This document shows, in pieces, positions 26,549-38,814 of a DNA stretch of 64,000 nucleotides. A program made the position numbers and the translations under genes. The notes under the pieces were generated by a model, which saw nothing but the letters and a program-made list of their open reading frames with translations, was not told where the DNA came from and made no database searches. Origin of the DNA: Octopus vulgaris (taxonomy: Eukaryota); assembly GCA_951406725.2 (NCBI GenBank), contig OX597815.1, positions 145,886,001 to 145,950,000 of the forward strand. Reading direction: 5' to 3'. Numbering within the stretch: position 1 is the first letter of the stretch; each line of letters begins with the position of its first letter.

Positions 26549-26612
<64 letters not shown>
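26075..26612. repeat. Long degenerate (ATT)n microsatellite
   Basis: Seen directly; yields poly-I/L/N/Y ORFs. Confidence 0.95.
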
Positions 26613-27740
26613 TCTGTATCTTGTGTTGCTCTTGTTATATTTGATAGTGTTTGAGGTGATGTTGGAGGCGTTGCAGTTGCATTTATTTGTTTGCATCCAT
26701 TATTTTTTTTTGCTTCCACTTCTCATCATTTATTGTCACATAGTATTTTCTTATTGTTATCTTCATTTGTTTTCCTTCGTACTGTTATTTTTGCAATTGT
26801 TTCTTCAGGTTTTCAAATATTTAATGCAAGGTATTTTGTTTTTCCGTGTATGTGTGTGCAAATCACTTTAGAACTTGGTAATGTGTCCAATTAAAAACTA
26901 ATGCAATTAACTCCACTATTTGAAACTTTAAACTCACACTAAAACTCATTAATATGATTCACTAATTGCTCCGGTACTCCAAACTAACCTAATTCTTTGT
27001 AACCATAGCTATTTCCTGCATCAGACTGGTGATGAGTATTTCAACACCATCTGATTTTTGGCTGAGGTAAATGTATGCCTAAACACAAAAATCGCACCCT
27101 TATCAGTCTTGTAAGCGACTGGTAAATCCCGCCACTAGTACACCACACGCTGTGCCCCTTATTCTAAGGATATGTTGTTTTCTCTTTCAGCTATGCCCAT
27201 TTACATATCTAGTAATAGTTTGATTCAGACCTACATTATTTCAAGTATGTTGAGCGTAGAACCTGTCCGCAGTTACAAGTCAGAGCGAGTAGAATCATGA
27301 AAGTATTTAAGCCCCCATTAGTCAATTTAGACCTCATGGTTGTTTTAGTGACTTTAATGACAAAACATCTTTAACTGGCAGTATCCACGCGGTAAAGCAG
27401 TGAAGATATAGGTGTAATGTTGATGTGTAAAATTTTAGCGAAATCATTGGATACCATTTGTTAACCAGTACACTGCAAGTTGGTGTTACACGGCATTCTG
27501 TAGGAAATGGGATTTCAGCCTCAACAGTAACCACTTGGAGAAGTGTCATATTACTTTATGAGTTGGCGTGACAAGTATGAATGATAGTATGAACGTCAAA
27601 GCACATCAGGGGTGAACGGTAAAGTTGAATGTTATCGAAACGATGGTAACGCACATTAAACTTTTATTATACTGATATCTTCAGCTTTGTCTCCTCCCTA
27701 CACATTCTATATAAAAGTATGTGCCTATATACATACATAC

Positions 27741-27791
<51 letters not shown>

Positions 27792-27957
27792 TATATATAT
27801 ATATATATATGTATATATATTCATATATATGTGTATATATATTCATATATATATATATGTATATAGATATGTTTGCATATATATTTATATATATGAATAT
27901 ATATATATATGTATATATATTCATATATATATATATATATATGTATATAGATATGTT

Positions 27958-28003
<46 letters not shown>

Positions 28004-28036
28004 GATATGTTTGCATATATATATATATATATATGT

Positions 28037-28325
28037 GGAGGTGCAGTGGCCCAGTGGTTAGGGCAGCGGACTCGCGGTCGTAGGATAGCGGTTTCGATTC
28101 CCAGACCGGGCGTTGTGAGTGTTTATTGAGCGAAAACACCTAAAAGCTTCACGAGGCTCCGGCAGGGGGTGGTGATCCCTGCTGTACTCTTTCACCACTC
28201 TTTCTCCCACTCTTTTTTCTGTTGGCCTGCTCGCTTAGCCAGCGGGGTGGCGTCATTCGAAGGCTAAAACAATGCGAACGCATTGTGACCAGCGATGTGT
28301 AACTACATCTGATGGACTGGTCGGT

Positions 28326-28332
<7 letters not shown>
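28037..28332 (+). mobile_element. SINE family C (tRNA-derived head)
   Basis: ggaggtgcag TGGCCCAGTGG ttagggcagcggactcgcgg...GGTTTCGATTCC cagacc (A- and B-box-like) followed by a non-tRNA body; lies in (TA)n. Confidence 0.8.
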
Positions 28333-28375
<43 letters not shown>

Positions 28376-28584
28376 CGGGAAGCTTTATGAAAATAAACAA
28401 AAGACGAAGGCAGGTGGAAAACAAACGAACAATTGTATTAGTATGGCGCTCAGGAAATATAAATAAAACAAGTCTTTAACGTTTCGAGCCTACGCTCTTC
28501 ACCAGAAAGATACACAGAGAGAGAAAAACACAGAAAGAAGGAGAGAAAAAAAATGCGTGCAGTAGCTAACGAATCAACATGGCG
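28376..28584 (-). mobile_element. Small Penelope-derived fragment with hammerhead-like motif (family H2)
   Basis: Minus strand of 28473-28510 reads tcttt CTGGTGA a gagc gtag gctc GAAAC GTT aaaga; bounded by (TA)n on both sides. Confidence 0.65.
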
Positions 28585-28674
28585 ATATATATATATATAT
28601 ATATATATGTATATGTATGTATATACATACATACATACATATCTATATATGTATGTATGTATGTATATATATAC

Positions 28675-28732
<58 letters not shown>

Positions 28733-28764
28733 ATATATATACACACATATATATATATGTATAT

Positions 28765-28820
<56 letters not shown>

Positions 28821-29618
28821 ATATATATGTAAGGCGGCGAGCTGGCAGAAACGTTAGCACACCGGGCGAAATACCTAGCGGTATTTCGTCTGCCTGTCGA
28901 CTTTGCCTTTCGATAAATTAAGTACCAGTTGCCTACTGAGGTCAATCTAATCTATATGAATGGAGAGAGAGAGAGGGGGAGCGAGATACGTGTTTGTATT
29001 ATGAACCTCAACAGCGCCACAATCATTAAAAGAAAGAAAGAATATGGGAGCTTTAAACAAGATAAATAACATGCAGTTGGTTTCTTCAATTGTCACGTAT
29101 GTAGACAAACGGGTGTCCACTAAATCGATACCGTTGTATAATTGGTACTTATTTTATCGAACCCGACATCTATGAAAGATAACGTCTTCTTAGATTGGAT
29201 TGGTATTCAGAAAGAAAGTAAAAGGAAGCAATTCTCAATATGCAATATTCAATTCCAATTTTGGCACAAGCCGAGCGACTTCGGTGGAGGGCATAAGTCG
29301 ACTACGTCAACCCTACTGTTTAACTCATATTTAGTTTATCGATCACGAAAGGATGAAATGCAAAACTGACCTCGGTGGCATTTGAATTTAAAAGGTAAAG
29401 ACAAAATAATGCTGAATATATTGCCCATCATGCTGACGATCCTGTTAGCTTGCCGCCTTGAGCTCAATATATAATGTTAATGAATAAGCTTGCTAGATAT
29501 AATTATGTTAAATACATTTATTTACCCATCTTCATTCAGTCTTTGTAACTGACACAGCAACGTATCGTCTGGATTGGAATGAATATTTTATGAAGGACTT
29601 GAATCAATGACAATATTA

Positions 29619-30650
29619 TGCAGATATTCTATTATGATAACTAATCCTGCGATTAATTCGTACACTTCTACCCCCGTTCTGCGAATGTACTTCCAAAACT
29701 CTTCATACTTTTAAAAAGTGTTGTCCTACCCTAACCCAAATCGGGATTCATTCTATCATAACTCTTTCCACAAAAGTCTTTTTATTTTAACTTGAATCAA
29801 TGACTCCTTTTGTGACAGTTATATTTCTGTATTTATGAAGATATGCCTACCCATAACTTCCCCCATTTCTGTATTTACAACCTTACGACAGTATTACATA
29901 GTAAACACTTTTTTTGTCGGAAGATGTATTTCAAATTCGTTAAAGAAAAAGTTAAGTTCATTAGTTGTTGTAAGAGCGACGCATTTTCGATTCCAGGTGA
30001 AGAAGTATTTCGGCTAAATAACGCAGTAATGTCTTTAATAAAGCTCTGGTTATGCCAGACTCACGTGTCTGTTCCTAAGATGACAAAACTAATTCACTTT
30101 CATAGCACCGAACGTGACTCTTCCGCTTATTTCAGGTATTCTGAAGAAGATTCAGTGTTGTGAGTTATATGGCTCCTCTGAATACGACGGTGGTATATTG
30201 CTGATGGCTTTTATCACAGGAGTAATTAAATTTTATCACTTTACTTAACTGAAAAATACTGGTGAAATATTCTAGTGTCTGTAGTGATAAATAGCATCTC
30301 AGTGGAATATAAGTGTATTGGTGATATTCATAGCAAACTACTTGCAGCATGATATGAACTGAAGACTTTCACTGTGATACATATGACGTGTTACCGACTA
30401 ATTTCTATGAAATACCTTTAAATACCAAATATTTCAAAATTCTTTGGAATATGTGATGCAAAATAAAATACATAACTAAATAAAAAAAAAACTTTTGTGG
30501 AAAGAGTTATGATAGAATGACTCACGATTCGGGTTAGGGTAGGACAACACTTTTAAAATGTATGAAGAGTTTTGGAAGCACATTCGCAGAACGGGGGATA
30601 GAATTGTACGAATTAATTCCAGGATTAGTTATTATAATAGAATATCTGCA
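29619..30650. mobile_element. Non-autonomous DNA transposon with terminal inverted repeats of about 165 bp and TA flanks
   Basis: 29619-29785 is inverted at 30483-30650 (TGCAGATATTCTATTAT...ATAATAGAATATCTGCA); TA on both sides. Confidence 0.8.
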
Positions 30651-30975
30651 TAAAAGAAAACCGAAACATGACACAAATCCCACTGTATAACACGTTCTTT
30701 TATAATATAATCATATCGCATAACCATAGCTACATATATGTGTATATGTGTTTTTTTTCTTCTCTCCATTATTAATGGACTGGTAAGTCTATACATAAAA
30801 TACATACATCAATGTTTCTATATGGACGTCAAGCAAAATCAATGAATCTACCCATTTAATCGTAACTATCTGTCTAGCTATCATATACTCGTCTTCTATC
30901 AACATAATGATGTACATATACACACGCGCACTTATATGGTAAACACGAGGTAAAATGTTTTATGCATGTATATCT

Positions 30976-31018
<43 letters not shown>

Positions 31019-31216
31019 CACACACATATACGTATATGTATTTGTATATACACGTATGAAGATATACATACCCATAACTTTTCCCTCTTCCATATTAGAT
31101 ATACATATATATCCTTTCATATGTATAAGCGCATATTCAAATATACGTATATAGATGCACGTACATGTATTTAAATAGACAAACATATACATAAATAAAT
31201 ATAACGATATATATGA

Positions 31217-31305
<89 letters not shown>

Positions 31306-31404
31306 ATATATGATATGTGTGTGAATACAGCACTGATATATGCATATACATACATACATACATATACACATAGATATATGTACGTTTGTATATTTGTATG
31401 TATG

Positions 31405-31455
<51 letters not shown>

Positions 31456-31853
31456 ATCAATCAATCTATCTATCGCTCTTTGTATCTTTCTATCATATGG
31501 AACGCTCCATCAATCAATCCAAAGAACTGATTTATTTTATAGATGCAGGAAAGAACAAAAGCGGTCGATGATGGGAAATTGCTGATCAGACTTTCATAGA
31601 AAACTAAGATGATTTATGATGGAATGGTAATCAGAAAATCAAAGATTATACAAATCTTAGAATAATAATAAGAATACTATAATCCCATTGACCCACCTAA
31701 AAATATACTTTTTCCATACATTAAGCTCTCCATATATATATATATATATATATATATACAAGCACAATCACACACACACACCCAGATACATGTGTATAAA
31801 TGCTTATAGTCTTCTATCATGTCTGTCTATATATATTACTATCATTACGTATG

Positions 31854-31900
<47 letters not shown>

Positions 31901-33811
31901 ATAGATAGATAGATGAATATATAGATTGATAGATATAGATAGGTAGCTAGACAAATATATATATATTCATAAATATACACATTTATAAGCTGAGCTCAAT
32001 GCTTTAAATTTGTAGACAAGTATACTCAAAGAGATAGATATCTACTCTCGTATTTATTGTTTGTAAAACCGCTATAGAAAACATAAATACGAACGTATAA
32101 AATGTCATTGGCCTGTAACATGTAACGTGTTAGCGACAAAATAAATCATAATAAAATTGTTAAGTCCTTTCTCTGCAAGCCTGAGGTAATTTCTAAAACA
32201 TTGTTATATGTGAACATTTAGAAATGAATCTTAGTATGTGGTGTTAAATGTGGATTCAAATCTTTACAGCAAAACTGCATCTCGGACTCAGCATTCTTGC
32301 AAATCTTTTGTAAAATTATAAAATTACCCATGGTTACATCAATATATAAAATATTGCTAAAGTATCTAAAATATATAAATGGAGACGAAGAAAATATGTT
32401 CAAAAATACTCTCTGCGTAAACACTAAGAATATTCTTTCAAGCTCCGGACTTCTTAACTACTAACGGTCTCTGCAGAAACAAAAACATTACACGCATTCC
32501 CTCCAGACATTAACTGAGTTCATTTTAAAATTTAATTAAATATCTTTTTCTTCTTGAAATATTTAATTAATAAGTCACATGCTAACTCATGCTGAAGATT
32601 TCTAAAACGAATGAAGTAGTGCTATGACAGATTATCGCCAACTACAAATTTGAAGAACCTGGTAATAGATAAAAAAAACATTAAACATGTGGATTTTATG
32701 TATCTGTCTTCTTTAACATATTTACTTTCAAATTATATTTTCTAATCCCGCTTCGTGTCGTAATGTGATAATTATCTCCCTTGTATTAATGCCCATAACT
32801 AGATGATACCACTTGTGTATTTTATTTATATTATTATATGATAATTAAAAAGTTTGAATACATATTACAAATATGTATATAGAATATCGCTAAAGCATGT
32901 GATGTCGAGCTTTTAGAGTAAGTGAATTGACACTCTTATTGAGAGCAGTTTATACGGTTTATATCAAAGACGAAAGAAATCTAATGAGTTTTTCATCCAG
33001 AACTATAAGTTGAGTAAAGGGATGTTAACAAGTTGAAATTAAGACACAGACACTGATTTAAGTTGCATACGAAAAATAATAATGTTCATGTGGAAATTTG
33101 GTTAAAAATTGCAGTTGTTAGAATATTATAGGAGAAAATATACTAAGTGCATCTAGGCCATTTTATAAGATAGGTAATAAATTGTACTAAAACACTGAAA
33201 ATAAACACTGGTTGCTAACATGCTCATCAAATATAAAACATGTAACTGAGATCACTTCTGTATATATTGTCACAGGATGGCTCTTCTTAATGCTTGTGTT
33301 AAAAAGGTATTTCTCTTCCGATCTTGGCGGAATTTGAAGATAGCTTGGGCTAATATAGCCCGGGGCTATATATATGTATGGATATGTGTGTGTATGGATA
33401 TTAGTGTATGTGATTGTCTCTCATCGTTTGACAAGCGCTATTGGTTTGAATACTTCCACGTATTGATATATATCTACCAGACTTAAAAGTAAGTACTGCT
33501 GTCTATCTAAGGCGGTGTTCCAGAATTGCTTGCGTGAGTGTGTCTATGTGCGCGCACTCGCGCCCATATATGTAAATAACCTCTCCAAAATGCGAGAATT
33601 CCAACGTCTGGTTAGGCTAAACTAAGAACTGACCTGGTGTATTTTTTTCTACAGTGAGGAATTTTCTCCGTGGTGGTTAAAGACAGTGATTCACTTTTCT
33701 TATGGGTTTGCAGATGCCTCAAGTATGTTTGAACTGGTTGCCGAAAGGATGAAAGGCAAAGTTGACCTCGGCGGAATTTGAACTCAGAATGTAACGGCAG
33801 ACTAAATACGG

Positions 33812-33869
<58 letters not shown>

Positions 33870-33871
<2 letters not shown>

Positions 33872-34272
33872 CTTTGATTACTTTGACTGACCAGTCCGTC
33901 AGACGTCCATTTGACACCGTTGGTCACAGCGGGCTGTCCACTCCTCTCTGGGTCGCGCCTTTCTCATCCACGTGATCCCAATCGTCCTCCTGAAATCGTA
34001 ATTCCACCGACGTGGAGGTCTTCCGGTTGGTCTTTTCCGCTCACGCGGGTACCACTCGGCACATGCGTGCGTCCTCCGATTATCGGTGAGCCGGGCGACG
34101 TGTCCAGCCCATCTATACTTGCTGCGTGTATACTCTGCGATGACATCTCTCACGCCGGACTTCTTTCTGATGATCTTGCTACTTATGTGCTCTCTCAACG
34201 AGATACCAAGCATTGACCTTTCCATGGCTCTTTGAGCCGTTACCAGTCTTTGCTCTTCTCTCTTTGTTATAT
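33870..34272 (-). mobile_element. 3' end of an RTE-clade LINE
   Basis: MERSMLGISLREH..IR..SGV.D....KYRWAGHVARLTDNR.T....WYPRERKRPTGRPPRRW; short tandem tail caaagtaat. Confidence 0.85.
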
Positions 34273-34279
34273 GGTAGTG

Positions 34280-34315
<36 letters not shown>

Positions 34316-34319
<4 letters not shown>

Positions 34320-35030
34320 CAAAATAAGCAACTCCATTTAATTGAACAATGCAAATATTACATCAAGTTAAAATGTAGAGCAATCTTCAGCTGCATAAAA
34401 ATATAGAATTTAGTTAATTTTTTTTTTTTGTGAAAACAATACTTAAATGTACCTATGTATATATAGATATATAAATAACACGGGTTTTATGGTTGTCAAA
34501 TAGTTAATATTATACGTTTTACTCTCCCTACCCCATCAGCTTTAGCCTGCAAACTTAAACCTTGATTTATGACTCTGCCACTTAAACTGTTTTTTTACTC
34601 TATCCATAAAGGATAGATTCTACTTTCTATTAGACTTGATAAACTAGTCTATGAATTAGATCTAACATTAGTAAATCTGAATAAAAAATAAATTCAATGA
34701 TAAGCAGTGTCTTCCTTTGAAAAAATCTCAGTTACAACTATGATGTTGTTGATGAAACATGTTCTTTGTCTATCTACTTATCCTCTTTGTGATTTTGGAT
34801 TAGAAGACTATACAAATGAATCTTTCTAATTTAACTAACTTATATATTTTTATGCAGCTGACTATTGCTCTACAATGTAATATTTGCATTGTCCAGTTAA
34901 ATGGAGTCGCATGAAACGATCGTACTGCATTACCTCTGGATATCCTTGTTGCTTATTTTGATTATAATCACCCCATTTTCAATTATATGGATAATACCAT
35001 ATTAAATTCCGGTGCCTTTAACTTAAGTAC
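34316..35030 (+). mobile_element. Penelope-derived fragment with inverted partial terminal copy and hammerhead motif
   Basis: 34316-34418 is inverted relative to 34830-34965; hammerhead-like motif at 34852-34930; (TA)n on the left. Confidence 0.65.
34852..34930 (+). ncRNA. Type I hammerhead motif with extended stem II (one core substitution)
   Basis: AUGCAG-CUGACUA-UUGC...GCAU-GAAAC-GAUC-GUA-CUGCAU; the inverted copy at 34385-34397 retains canonical CUGAAGA. Confidence 0.65.
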
Positions 35031-35660
35031 CATCCTTAAATCCTTAAAATCCTTAAAAATGTTTTAGCCCGAAGGCCGCGGCCATGCTGGGGCACCACCA
35101 CTGAATGAGCTACACTAGTTTGTGAATCCACCTCTGATACGTGGCACTTGATCAACAAGGGAGTTCGATGCTGCTGCCCGCATCCGTGTCTCCTGTCGTG
35201 AGGTAGGTTCATCTGGGACTCCCAACAAGAAGAGATCCAGTTTAGTTTTAAAGAAACCCACATCCACACCATGTAAGTCTCTTAGGCATTTAGGGAGGAT
35301 GTTAAAGAGCTGTGGTCCTCTGAAACCCAAGCTGTTGCAGTATCTGGACCTGTATTTTGATGGTGATGTTGGAATCCTTGGCACCACGCAGCGGCGCCCC
35401 GTTCTGCGGTTGGAGTAACTTTGAATGCCAAAGTTTGGGACAAGACCCTCCAGGATTTTCCAGATGTATATCACTGCATATCTCTCCCGCCTCCGCTCCA
35501 GGGAGAAGAGGTTTAATACCTTCAGTCTTTCCCAGTAGCTGACATTTTGCATTGAGACGATTTTCTTTGTGTAGCTTCTCTGAGTTGCTTCGAGTTCTGC
35601 TGTTTGTTTTATATTGTGTGGTGACCAAAGTTGGGAGCAGTAGTCCAAGCGGCTGAGGAC
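35031..35660 (-). mobile_element. Young 5'-truncated CR1/L2-group LINE 3' end
   Basis: Open frame LDYCSQLWSP..LEATQRSYTK..SYWERLKVLNLFSLERRRERY..GPQLFNILP..FKTKLD; 3' UTR and (ttaaggat)-type tail. Confidence 0.9.
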
Positions 35661-36130
35661 GATTATATGTGAGTATGAATGTCTGTCTGTCTATCAGTGT
35701 GTGTGCATGTGTGTGTGTGTGTGTGTGTGTTTGTGTGTGTGCATGAACGCGCATGCGTGTATTCGTTGTTTTGTATATATATTTACAAAAATGTATCTTC
35801 AGAACGATTATATTTTTCTATTCCTCATTTGAGTCCCATTCATTTCCGGTATTTATAATACAGGCGTTACTTTGTATTCGACGATTACATATATTATGCA
35901 TGAATATCTAATGCATAATGTATGGAAGTGTTTCCTACAAATATTTGGGTGACATATCTATCTGAGGGTAAGTGGGTGTGTGGGTGTCTATGTGAATATG
36001 TGTGCCTATATATATATATATATATATATATACTTACACACATTATATATATATATAACTTCGGTAAATTTTCCATATTCAACTGAATCTAAATTTTACC
36101 GAAGTTATATATATATATAATGTGTGTAAG

Positions 36131-36172
<42 letters not shown>

Positions 36173-36443
36173 CACACATATTCACATAGACACCCACACA
36201 CCCACTTACCCTCAGATAGATATGTCACCCAAATATTTGTAGGAAACACTTCCATACATTATGCATTAGATATTCATGCATAATATATGTAATCGTCGAA
36301 TACAAAGTAACGCCTGTATTATAAATACCGGAAATGAATGGGACTCAAATGAGGAATAGAAAAATATAATCGTTCTGAAGATACATTTTTGTAAATATAT
36401 ATACAAAACAACGAATACACGCATGCGCGTTCATGCACACACA

Positions 36444-36499
<56 letters not shown>

Positions 36500-36544
36500 C
36501 ACACACACTGATAGACAGACAGACATTCATACTCACATATAATC
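35661..36544. repeat. Large near-perfect inverted duplication (arms of about 410 and 450 bp, spacer about 20 bp)
   Basis: 35661-36071 is the reverse complement of 36091-36544, apart from microsatellite length differences and a few substitutions. Confidence 0.9.
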
Positions 36545-37036
36545 ATCAAACCTGTATAGAAATACCTATACAGACGGACAAATACATGCAGTAAACGTAG
36601 TTGTAATTACAACGAATGTTGATAATTATATCATATCTTTGAAAGTAACCAATGTTTAGCAGATTTGGAATCTTCTAAATGAGACAACGGAGCTTATGGG
36701 TTGTCGCATCTTCTCATATTATATTTTAATCAATTCAGTTACAATAATCTTGCCTCATGATCGCGGAGGTTATATATGGAAGTTTTGAATATATGACTAT
36801 TATTAATGTGACCTCTGGTGCTTTTAAGCGGAAATTCCAAAGAGTCTGGCTAATATCCGAATCTCCAAGGCTTGCTTAGCAAAATGATTCCATTCAGTGA
36901 AGTCTATGAATAAAGCTAAATAAAACATAAAAGATTATTTGCCACAAAGAATTATTTATTAACAGACTTAGATAAGTAGCAGACAAGGGAGGAATTTTAT
37001 GTTCTTCTTAAGAGAATAGCACTCATACACCTACAC

Positions 37037-37085
<49 letters not shown>

Positions 37086-37207
37086 AATATAAAGATACAA
37101 AGACATACATACAGTCAAGCGTGTGAGCTTTCACATCTTTACATTGAATTACTAAGGCACACTACATATACACACACACATACATATATACATACATACA
37201 TACATAA

Positions 37208-37241
<34 letters not shown>

Positions 37242-38210
37242 CGTATAACATATGTGCATGAATATATATATATACGTGTTATAAATACATATACATAGAC
37301 ATATATATATATATATACACTAACCGACACAAAGATACTAACGGAGTGTAGTAGTATATAAATATATTTATATATTAATACCCTACGGCACTGCGTCTGT
37401 ATATATGTGTATACATACATACATGCATATGTGTGTGTATGTGTATGTATATATATATATGTGTGTGTGTGTGTATGTATGTATCATTATATATATTCTA
37501 AATGTATATATTATATGTATGTGCGTATGTTCTTATAGGTTTCCCTCGTAAATGTATGTGTATGTATTTGTGTGAAGAAAGCAGCTAGATGAAAAGAAAA
37601 CCTAATCAGAAATATGAAGATAATTCTGTATCTTTTAGTAGACAGCTTTGAATTAATTTGTATCGGCGAAAGATTGACACTGACGTCCTATTAAACGTAA
37701 CCGTGAAATAGGTTTTCTCTGCAAGCTCGTTTCATGAGTCTATAACTTCAATATATAATTTACTCGTAATAATACTATAGAATACAGTGAATACATAAAT
37801 TAAGTGTAATAACCGCTAAAAGTGTCAGTCAGCTTATGTCTTACTCCTGCAATTATTTGTAGTGTGTAGTAGAGATTTTTACTATAGCTCAGACGTATTG
37901 CTATGACAACATGATAGGTAGGTTGAGCGCCTGCTAATATATAATACGGTGTGTTTATAACATATAATTGTCACAAAGGGTGACACATAAAGGGGAGCAA
38001 TTACATAGACAGGGTTGTTATCACAATAAATTGGACTGTTTTCTAAATATTGTTCTTTTATTCTTTTATTTGTTTAAAGTCATAGGGCTGCGGCCATGCT
38101 GGGATACTCGCTTGAAGGGATTTAATCGATTAAATGCACCCAAGTACTTTACTAATTCATTTTTAAAGTCTGGTATTCTTTTATCTCTTTGTTTCTGTGC
38201 GCCCTTAAGT

Positions 38211-38494
38211 CACTAAAAGTGGACAGCCGGTATGCTAGATATAGAGGTCAAAATCGCCATTTTCCCCGAAGAATGTTGATGATCTTGCAGGTATATATGT
38301 ATCCATAAATGTAAATATTAACAAGTGAAACTAATTAGTACATAGGTAATCGTTTTTTATTTCGTATATTTCCATTTGTCTTGCTTATTTTTACACTTTG
38401 TTTTTTTGCTGAACTTTTTCTTGAGAACACATTCTTCGTGGAAAATAGCGATTTTGACGTCTATATCTAGTATACAGGCTGTCCACTTTTAGTG
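38211..38494. mobile_element. MITE with terminal inverted repeats of about 65 bp
   Basis: cactaaaagtggacagcc...gaagaatgt is inverted at acattcttc...ggctgtccacttttagtg. Confidence 0.75.
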
Positions 38495-38814
38495 GTCAGT
38501 CCTCTAAATTTTGTATATATATATGATTGTTAAACAAGACGTCAAGCATTAAGGCAAGGCAAACATCTCACGTCGTATATGAGTATTTATGAGTGGGAGT
38601 TAGAGTTAAAGGATTTATATTAGGGGATTTTTAGGGTTAAGGTTTAGAATAAATTAAGGATAAATTAATGAATTAAATATTATCTCATTGTGTGATGAGG
38701 TGCGGTAGATAGATATGAGGTCAGACATTAGATAGAAATAAGTGTTGTAGAGATATAGAAGGGGTATGCGTTAATGATCATAAGTGTATGAATGTGGGTG
38801 CTACTAGTGGGGGG

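Noticed and set aside
28037-28112. tRNA gene candidate
   Set aside because: A and B boxes are present but there is no clean acceptor stem, and it continues into a repeat body seen elsewhere; it is a SINE head.
32300-32490. Strong minus-strand splice acceptor (tgtttttgtttctgcag) as a possible next receptor exon
   Set aside because: All three frames stop within about 11 codons and there is no GluN2 similarity; a non-coding exon cannot be excluded.
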